Of a DNA stretch of 32,000 bases, positions 17,510 through 25,600 are shown in pieces; position 1 is the first letter of the stretch; every line of letters begins with the position of its first letter. The position numbers and the translations under genes are program-made. The notes below the pieces were generated by a model. That model was given only the letters and a program-made list of their open reading frames with translations, was not told the DNA's origin and searched no databases. The stretch spans positions 900,001 through 932,000 of the forward strand of contig NC_006138.1 in NCBI RefSeq assembly GCF_000025945.1. Reading direction: 5' to 3'. Source of the DNA: Desulfotalea psychrophila LSv54. Its GTDB lineage: Bacteria > Desulfobacterota > Desulfobulbia > Desulfobulbales > Desulfocapsaceae.

Positions 17510-18841
17510 ATGAAGTTTCATTTAATAAGTCTTGGCTGTGCTAAAAATCTTGTGGATTCAGAGGTTGTTCTCGGCTGTTTGCGGGATGCCGGTTGGGAGA
17601 TGACAGATGAGCAAGATGCTGATCTTTTGCTGGTCAATACCTGCGGTTTTATTCAGCCTGCCGTTGAAGAGGCCGTGGAAGAAATTCTTGCCTTGGTGGA
17701 TATTAAAGCCGATTTTCCCGAGAAGAAAATTGTGGTTTTGGGTTGTTTGGTGCAGAGATATAAGGAGCAACTCCTTGAGTCACTGCCGGAGGTGGATCTC
17801 TTTGTGGGCACCGAGGGTGTAGCGAATATTGCCGAGTATGTTGGCAAGCTTATAGCTGGTGAGGAGCAGGATAAGGTTATTATGCCGACTGAGTTTCTGA
17901 TGACGGCCAAGGTGCCTCGTCAGCAATCCACTCCATTTTTTCGGGCCTGGGTAAAGATTACCGAGGGCTGTGATAACCGCTGCTCCTACTGTATGATCCC
18001 ATCTATTCGTGGCCCACTGAGAAGTCGCTCCGTGGCAGATGTGCTTGAAGAGGTGCAGGCAATGGTGGCCAGTGGCGTGCAGGAGATATCTCTTATTGCC
18101 CAGGATCTTACCGCCTATGGTGATGATCTCGGTGACGATGTCAATTTGCTTGTTCTTTTAAAAGAACTGCTTGCTAAAACATCTGTTCCCTGGATTCGTC
18201 TGCTCTATCTCTATCCCTCAGAGCTTTTGGATGAGCTGTTGCAGCTTATGGCCGCCAATCCTCGAATTGTTAAATATCTTGATATTCCTATCCAGCATGT
18301 CAATGATCGTGTCTTACACTTGATGAACCGCCCTTATGGAAGGGCAGATCTAGAGGAGTTTGTGGATAAGGCCCGTGCTCATATGCCTGATATTGCCCTG
18401 CGCACAACCTTTCTTGTCGGCTTTCCTGGTGAAACAGAAGAGGAGTACGCTGAGATTGGAGAATTTCTCAGGGTGAGGAAACTTGATCATGTCGGTGTCT
18501 TTCCCTACTCAAATGAAGAGGGCGCACCTTCCGAGCATTTTCCGGATCAGGTGGATGATGAGATCAAGGAGAGTCGCTGTGCCCGTTTATTAGAGCTGCA
18601 ACAGGAGCTTTCCACGGAGATCCAAAAGAAGTATGTGGGTACTGTGCAGAAGGTACTGGTAGAGGGGGTGAGTGAGGAGACTGATCTACTGCTTGAGGGA
18701 CGAACTCAGTACCAGGCAGCAGATGTTGATGGCCGTGTCTATATTAATGAGGGCCAGGTTGTTGCAGGTGAAATTGTTGACATACTGATAACAGATTCGC
18801 AACAGTATGATCTCGTTGGCGGTGTTGTTAGCGTGGAGTAA
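17510..18841 (+). CDS. rimO: Ribosomal protein S12 methylthiotransferase RimO
   Basis: MTTase N-domain (SLGCAKNLVDSE), radical-SAM CDNRCSYC and a C-terminal TRAM domain. The 443-aa length is typical of RimO rather than MiaB. Confidence 0.9.
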   Translation: MKFHLISLGCAKNLVDSEVVLGCLRDAGWEMTDEQDADLLLVNTCGFIQPAVEEAVEEILALVDIKADFPEKKIVVLGCLVQRYKEQLLESLPEVDLFVGTEGVANIAEYVGKLIAGEEQDKVIMPTEFLMTAKVPRQQSTPFFRAWVKITEGCDNRCSYCMIPSIRGPLRSRSVADVLEEVQAMVASGVQEISLIAQDLTAYGDDLGDDVNLLVLLKELLAKTSVPWIRLLYLYPSELLDELLQLMAANPRIVKYLDIPIQHVNDRVLHLMNRPYGRADLEEFVDKARAHMPDIALRTTFLVGFPGETEEEYAEIGEFLRVRKLDHVGVFPYSNEEGAPSEHFPDQVDDEIKESRCARLLELQQELSTEIQKKYVGTVQKVLVEGVSEETDLLLEGRTQYQAADVDGRVYINEGQVVAGEIVDILITDSQQYDLVGGVVSVE

Positions 18842-18852
18842 ACTGCCGCCAG

Positions 18853-18890
18853 TAAAATGTGATAGGATGAATTCACCCTATCACATTTCT
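18853..18890. terminator. Bidirectional terminator hairpin between convergent rimO and ihf
   Basis: Perfect 12-bp stem AAATGTGATAGG (18855-18866) / CCTATCACATTT (18877-18888) with a 10-nt loop and A/T-rich flanks on both sides. Confidence 0.65.
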
Positions 18891-18894
18891 GCTC

Positions 18895-19182
18895 TTATTT
18901 CTTTCGTTTGAGATCGACCTGCTCTCGTAGGTCTTTTCCTACCTTGAAAAAGGGGAGCTTTTTTGGCTTCACCTTGATTTTTTTTCCTGTTTTTGGGTTA
19001 CGTCCTTCGTAGGATTCGTATTGTTTTACGACAAAGCTACCAAAACCACGTATTTCTATGCTGTCACCCTTTGCCAGGGCTTCTGTCATGGTATCAATTA
19101 CGGTATTGGTGATAGCAGCAGCCTCGCGGTGGGGTATATTGACGTCTTGAGACAAAGCCTCTATAAGTTCTGACTTGTTCAT
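18895..19182 (-). CDS. ihfB: Integration host factor / HU-family DNA-binding protein (IHF beta-like)
   Basis: MNKSELIEAL...IEIRGFGSF...GRNPKTGKKI...FKVGKDLRE. Start is trimmed to ATG 19180-19182, which has GGAGGA upstream. Assignment to the beta subunit is tentative. Confidence 0.85.
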   Translation of the reverse strand: MNKSELIEALSQDVNIPHREAAAITNTVIDTMTEALAKGDSIEIRGFGSFVVKQYESYEGRNPKTGKKIKVKPKKLPFFKVGKDLREQVDLKRKK

Positions 19183-19359
19183 GTTTTCCTCCGAGTTAGA
19201 GAGTTCTCTGGTAGCTGTCGAGTAACTCCTAGAGATAGTGTGATATTTACTCTGCGGCACTAAAGAAATGATATCACTTTCAAAAATAAAAAAGGAAGTT
19301 TTTTCTGAAAAACAATGAGATAAAGGTTGTTTTTTATAAGAAAGAAAAAACTTATACTA

Positions 19360-19397
19360 CAATGTGGTACCTCGAAGTGCGAATAGATACCACATTG
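19360..19397. repeat. Perfect 10-bp inverted repeat (hairpin) in the ihf-rluB intergenic region
   Basis: CAATGTGGTA (19360-19369) and TACCACATTG (19388-19397) flank an 18-nt loop. On the minus strand a T-rich run (GTTTTTTCTTTCTT) starts 9 nt downstream. Confidence 0.6.
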
Positions 19398-19640
19398 TCT
19401 GTTATTGCGCAAACTTCATTGTAATTGTGTGCGCTTACAGGGCATTGTCTCTCGGGGGATTCCGGCCAATCAATCCCGGCACTAGGAAAAAAATATCCTT
19501 ACTTTGTCCTGAGACAGACTCCGACATCGTAACGACTCGGAGCCATGTTCTGTCTGGATCCTATTCGAAAATTTTATCTAACATGGCCAAATAACAATGA
19601 TAAAACATTAACTATCTTTTATCTCTTGTAAATAGGAGGG

Positions 19641-20364
19641 TTAGCTTTTTTTTGCGAAGATTAAATTTATTTCGGTGGGAGAAAGCCTTTTGAATTGGCC
19701 AGTTGCCAGTGTTTGCAGTTCCAGCTTACCGTAGGCGATCCGTTTGAGGTGGTTAACAGGGTGGCCAATAGCGGCAAACATTTTTTTAACCTGATGCTTG
19801 CGTCCTTCGTGGATGGTGATGGCAACCTTGGTGCTATGTTTTTTTTGTGAGAGAATCTTTACCCTTGCAGGAGCGGTTGGCTTTCCCTCCAAAAGGATAC
19901 CCTGTTCAAGGCGCTGCAGTTTGGCCCTTGAGGGGGTGCCGCTGAGGTCAGCCTCATAGGTTTTAAAGGTTTCGTAGCTGGGGTGGCAGGGTCTTTTGGG
20001 CAAGATCGCCATCGTTGGTGAGGAGGAGAGCACCCTCCGTGTCAAAGTCAAGTCGACCCACGGGGAAAACTCTCTCATTAATGCCATGGAGAAGATCGGT
20101 TACCACCGGACGTCCCTGTGGATCTGATAGGGTTGTAACATATCCCTTTGGTTTATTGAGCAGGTAGTAGACCTTTTGCTCTTCTTCCTTAACCAGTTTG
20201 CCATCAACGGTAATCTTGTCGATGTCTGGAGTTATTTTTGTGCCAAGGATGAGGACTGTTTCACCGTTAAGGGTGACCCGGCCATCAAGGATGAGCTGCT
20301 CCGCTTTGCGACGGGAGCAGATGCCGGAGGCGGCTAAAAATTTTTGCAGGCGAACTGGAGACAT
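19641..20364 (-). pseudogene. rluB: RluB/RsuA-family pseudouridine synthase interrupted by a single +1 nt frameshift
   Basis: The S4 domain (MSPVRLQKFLAASGICSRRKAEQLI) and catalytic region (VFPVGRLDFDTEGALLLTNDGDLAQKTL) lie in one frame. HPSYETFKTYEADL...IHEGRKHQVKKMF lies in the next frame. Deleting one C near plus-strand base 19986 restores LLTNDGDLAQKTLHPSYE. The span is 724 nt, which is 3n+1. Confidence 0.85.
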
Positions 20365-20956
20365 AATATTATAGGACTTGATTGTTGATGGGGGGCGATG
20401 GGTGAGAGTGCTTTTTTCTATCTTGCAAAAAATCTTCGTGATATTCATCTTCACTGAGATGGTGCGCAACACGAGGGCTATTTGATCAAATGCCTGATTG
20501 ATCTCTTTACTGTTGAGTCGTGCAGAGAGGAGGTCGGCAAACTCTTTTCTACCCAGTAGTTGCAGAAGGTTGGAAAAAGAGATGCGGTCGAGCTTTTCGC
20601 TGAGGCCGAAACAGATTTGAGGTGTATCAGGGAGCATAGTCAATCCTATCATATTGAAGTTATTTCATAATAGACCTTTTTTTTGCAGAAGGCATTCATT
20701 TTTTAAAGTGTTGCCTTTCGCAGGAGCTGGGCCTGGGGTGCCGGGGCTCATTCCTCAATGAAAGAACATGTGCTACAATAATTTTTGAGAGCCCGCTTTT
20801 TTCTGCGCTAGAGGAGGAGTAATATATTTCTTTTCTCACAATCAGTCAATATTGTTAGAATGTCATGTGAAAACTATTTTATAAGAAATCTGAGCATATG
20901 GGGCTGGGCTTAGGGGTTAGGAGATTTTTCTATTAAGAATAAAGGGCTATGTTAAA

Positions 20957-21475
20957 ATGATTTTTCTTGTTGGTTATAGGGCAGTTGGCAAGACAACCCT
21001 GGGGAAAAAGCTCGCCAGGGAAATAGGCGCTGACTTTGTTGATCTTGATCGGTATATCTGTGAGGCAGCGGGGAGAACGGTTGAGGAGATAGTGGCAGTT
21101 GAAGGTTGGCAGGGGTTTCGCCTGCGTGAACGGGAGGCAATGCTTGCCGTTGCTGCTGAGGAGAGGCATCTTGTGGTGGCCACGGGTGGTGGGGCAGTTC
21201 TTCACCAGGATCTTTGGCCTATGTTGAAAAAAAAGGGGTTTGTTGTCTGGCTTACAGCAGAACAGGGGACATTATGTAAAAGGCTTTCGCGCAGGGCTCA
21301 GGATCCCGGTCGTCCCTCACTAACTGGGCAAGAGATGAGTGCAGAGGTGGAGAAGGTTTTAAGGGAGCGCCTGCCTCTCTATGATGCTGTTGCCGATGTT
21401 TCTGTGGCGACGGATCGACTATCAATAGTTGATGCCATCGAGCAGGTTCTTGATTATTATAGGAAAACTATTTGA
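20957..21475 (+). CDS. aroK: Shikimate kinase
   Basis: 172 aa with P-loop GYRAVGKTTLG, then DLD and GGG motifs at the spacing typical of AroK. Confidence 0.88.
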   Translation: MIFLVGYRAVGKTTLGKKLAREIGADFVDLDRYICEAAGRTVEEIVAVEGWQGFRLREREAMLAVAAEERHLVVATGGGAVLHQDLWPMLKKKGFVVWLTAEQGTLCKRLSRRAQDPGRPSLTGQEMSAEVEKVLRERLPLYDAVADVSVATDRLSIVDAIEQVLDYYRKTI

Positions 21476-21546
21476 ATTTGTGCCGAATAAATAATTAATA
21501 TGTGTGCTTTTCCAGGGACTTCCAAGCAAAAACAGGAGATAGTATT

Positions 21547-22551
21547 ATGACAATAAAGATTGGCATCAATGGTTTTGGACGTATTGGACGTAATATCTTT
21601 CGGGCACTGAGCAAGGATGAGGCATTTGCCGATATAGAGATCGTTGCAATCAATGACCTCAGCGATAATGCTACTCTTGCTCATCTCTTGAAGTACGATT
21701 CTATTATGGGGGTCTATGACAGAGAGGTGGGGAGCGACGCTGATGGCATTATTGTTGATGGAAGGCATATAGCTGTTTCAAGTCATCGAACTCCTGCAGA
21801 CATTCCCTGGGGAGAGGTGGGTGCTGACTATATTGCAGAGTGTACCGGTATTTTTCGTGATGCCGAGTCTGCTCAGGGCCATATTGATGCCGGGGCCTCT
21901 AAGGTAGTTATCTCCGCTCCTGCCAAGGGGGCTGTTAAGACCATTGTTATGGGCGTTAATGAGGATGAGTATGATGCAACTCTTCACCATATTGTCTCCG
22001 CTGCCTCATGTACCACAAACTGCCTGGCCCCCTTTGCCAAGGTGATTCTTGATAATTTTGGTATATCTCGTGGCCTGATGACTACCATTCATGCCTATAC
22101 GGGCGATCAGCGCCTGTTGGATTCTCCTCATGCTGACCCTCGCAGAGCCCGGGCCGCAGCCCTCTCTATGATTCCTACCAAAACAGGCGCTGCCGCGGCG
22201 GTATCTCTGGTCATTCCTGAACTGAAGGGGAAATTTGATGGTCTTGCCGTACGGGTTCCCACCGCCAATGTCTCTTTGGTTGATGCTGTGATGGAGGTCG
22301 AGAAGGAGACAAGCGTGGCAGAGGTGAATCAGGTCTTAAAAGAGGCTGCTAACCGATATCTTGGTTATACTGATCTGCCCCTTGTTTCCATTGACTTTCA
22401 GGGGAATCCCCACTCTTCAATCATCGACGCCCAGTCCACCAAGGTAATTGGCAAAAGCGTCAAGGTGATGAGCTGGTACGACAATGAGTGGGCCTATTCT
22501 AACAGGATGCTTGATCTGATACTGCATATGGATGCCCGTAGGGCCCTGTAA
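21547..22551 (+). CDS. gap: Type I glyceraldehyde-3-phosphate dehydrogenase
   Basis: INGFGRIGR, active site SCTTNCLAP and WYDNEW. Start is trimmed to ATG 21547, which has CAGGAGA upstream. Confidence 0.96.
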   Translation: MTIKIGINGFGRIGRNIFRALSKDEAFADIEIVAINDLSDNATLAHLLKYDSIMGVYDREVGSDADGIIVDGRHIAVSSHRTPADIPWGEVGADYIAECTGIFRDAESAQGHIDAGASKVVISAPAKGAVKTIVMGVNEDEYDATLHHIVSAASCTTNCLAPFAKVILDNFGISRGLMTTIHAYTGDQRLLDSPHADPRRARAAALSMIPTKTGAAAAVSLVIPELKGKFDGLAVRVPTANVSLVDAVMEVEKETSVAEVNQVLKEAANRYLGYTDLPLVSIDFQGNPHSSIIDAQSTKVIGKSVKVMSWYDNEWAYSNRMLDLILHMDARRAL

Positions 22552-22577
22552 GTCGGTAGGTGGGGATAAATCTTTTA

Positions 22578-22614
22578 GGGGGAGGCACTGGCTGGTGACC
22601 TTCCCTTTTTTTTG
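22578..22614 (+). terminator. Rho-independent terminator after gap
   Basis: Stem GGGGAGGCAC / GTGACCTTCCC (one bulge) followed by T8 at 22606-22613. Confidence 0.7.
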
Positions 22615-22695
22615 TTTTATGAGAGTGCTATTTTCCCTGTACTCAGGCCTCTCCGCTACCCCTATAAAAAATTGTTACTCTTCTTAGGTATAACT

Positions 22696-25600
22696 ATGGA
22701 TCGTCATGATGTTGGTCAGGTTTTGCAGTCCGATGCCCTGAAGGCAAACCTTCTGGAAACGGCAGGCACTGTTGAAATTGATAGTGAATTACTGCTACTT
22801 CTCTCAGCTGTAAAGAAGTATCGGGGTCTTCATAAGACTTTGGAAAAGTTGCTCTATGAAATTTGTCATCCTTTTCGAAACTGGAAACTTATTCTTCCCC
22901 AGTTTCGAAGTTATACCCTGAAGAATACAGGGCATTATTTAAAGGATGAGTCCGGTCCAGAGGCAGTAGGGCTTTTTGCCCGTCTGTTTTTTGAGGCCAT
23001 AGAGGATGTGCGTCGAGATCCCGTCCTGCTTGCTCAGGCAGTGGCGGCTCTGCTTATCTGGCTAGAGAAGCTGGCAAAGGATTTACCTGAGGGGAGGCAA
23101 GAGGCGTTTGAGCCTGTCCTGACCGATATCTTTTCCCGCCTCACTCGTTTTGATGAAGAGGATGAGGCCGCGATGATGCAGATGGTTTATGGCCAGTGTT
23201 CTCTGGCGGGGTTGGTTCGTGCCCGCCTGAGCTCTTCTGAGACGGAGGGGGCGGATTGCTCTTCCCTGGTCAGGCTCTATGAGATGGTTTTACACAGGAC
23301 CTATGCCTACTGGCTCTTGGAAGATGATCCCCTCCAGTGGTTTTTGATGAGATGCAAGATGGTTGCCAATGATCTTACTGCAAGGGAGACGTTTAAAGAT
23401 ATCTCCCATCTGTCCATGCAGTCGCGCTTGACTGAACTCAAGCGTATTCGTCAGGAAACAGCAGGTGTCGCGACCCTCAGGGCCATGCTAGGACTTGCCT
23501 CTCATATTGATATTGTTCGTTTTTATCGGGCGATCCCCGATAAGCTTGCCGAGTTAGATATCGTCTCCGACTGTTTCGCTAAAGAGGATGCGGCAAGTTC
23601 TAATTTTAACGAAAATAGAAAGATCCTCTTTCTCTTTAAAATAATGGATACAGAGGGGCTACATCTTGTCCACGAAGAAACCCTCCGGGAAATTAACAGA
23701 AGCCTGGTTCAGTTAATTCGCCAGCAGACCTTTGAGGAGATTGAAGAGTTTCTTTTGGCAACTTTTGAACTGTTGGAGGTCAATGTAAGGAAGTACCCAC
23801 ATACCTCTCTGCAGTGTATTCAGGTTTTGGGTGGTGAGGTCTTTGACCGGAGCAACAGCCGCATGGTGGAGGCATTTTTGTGGGGAGTGGTTCGCTTTGG
23901 CTTTCAGCATGCCAATGTCGTTGGGGTGGATGAGAATTGGCAACCTCTGACTAACCCTGCCCATCTGGCCAATATTCGAGTGTGGTTGCATTTAATCATG
24001 CGGGAGCCAAAGTGGTGTGCGACCCTCTTTTCTGCCCTTATCATTCATATTAAACTTTCGGGCACCTGCATTAAGGATACGGATCTTTTTCAGCGTGATA
24101 TTACCGAGCTACTTAACCATCCCATTAAGCCCGTCTATAATCTCTGCAAACAGTTCGCCAAGCTTATGCCCGTTTTTTTTAATGAGATAGGATCTGAAGG
24201 GGAGTTACGCGATGTCTCTACAGAACTTGATGAGATGCATCGGCGAAAAGATGTCCTTATTCACTTTCTGAGAAAGCAGGGGCATGTGGAGAGTTCCAAT
24301 CTTATTGTCGATTTTATTAAGGCAATTTTTCTTTTCTGGCAGACAAAGGACAAGAGTAAATTACAGCCTCATGTTCCGGATGAGGTCTATGTCCAGGTCT
24401 CTTCCGAGGGACGATATGTTGATGAAGCACATAGGCTTACCCTGCGATTGTGGCAGGAGCAAAATCTGAAAAATGTCTCCGACCTTCTTGGTGTTGATGA
24501 GGAGACGATGGCGGAGTTTTTGCTTCGTCAGCAGGATATTGATCCCCGTGAGGTGCGCCGTTTTGAGCTGTTGGTTCGTATGTTTAAGTTGCTCCATGCC
24601 AAGTATCAGCTGAGCTTTCAGGATTTGCGTCCAGAACTTCTTGCCGCGGCCAAGAACGGTTTTCCGCAAATGAGAGACCTGCTCGATAGGCTTGATCAGA
24701 AGGATGTTCGGCAAAGTTTGTCGGCTCTTTTGCAGAGCCTGCTTGCCCTTAAGGAGATTATCCTCTCCGAGGAGAGTTTTGAGGCCCGGGAGGATATTTA
24801 CTATAAGAGGCATATTGCCGTAGATATTCCATCTGTTTATGGTCGCTATAAGGAGCGTAAGTTTGACGCCCTGAGTCTCTCCTTTCGTCTGGAGAATCAT
24901 GCCAACATCTATCTGGAAAAATTGGCCGGCACCATCAACCTGGCCATGATCACTCAGGCAACTTTTTATGATATTATTGGCTGCCTGAAGCTCTATATTC
25001 AGGCCCTCAGTGTCGACGGTATCAGCTCTCGTAAATTGGTGACCAGTCTCTCTCTGCTTAAAAACTCGCTTAAGGTACGGCGTTTTTCCTATACCCAGTA
25101 TCTGGATATCTTTAAGGGGATGTCCGAGGGGGTAAAGGATATTATCTATGCCTTTTACACAAATATCCATCAGAACAATCTCTCTATCATTATTCCTCAG
25201 CTGAGTCGAGAAGAGGTGATGCAGAAGTATAGATCGCTCTATGATGAGGATATGGGCATCTCTGTTCATCGGGTTTCCGAGGCCTTTTTGCGTGAGCTTA
25301 TCTCTTCAACATTTGGCCTGCAACATCTGGATAATTTTATTTTGCAGATTCTTGCTACCCTTGAAAATCAGCGGGAGATGCTTTCGGAGAGAAATCTTGA
25401 TCTGCTTATGACCTACAATCCCAATAGGGCTATTTCTGAGCTGCACAATCCTAATCCTCTTGCCAGTAATCTCATCTATCTTGGCAATAAGGGCTTTAAT
25501 CTGGCAACCCTTGCCGCTGATAATAAGCCCATTCCGCCTGCCTTTGTCATTACCACCGAGGTCTTTCGTTGTCGTAATATTGTCTTTGGCTATTCAGAGG

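Noticed and set aside
19364-19594. 76-aa plus-strand ORF in the ihf-rluB spacer.
   Set aside because: It has a non-ATG start, no SD and a Cys/Ile/Val-rich odd composition. It also overlaps the hairpins, which are better explained as RNA structure.
24361-25269. 302-aa ORF antisense inside the dikinase gene.
   Set aside because: It is a shadow ORF. The sense frame is continuous for 1422 codons with clear family motifs downstream, and the antisense product has no recognisable features.
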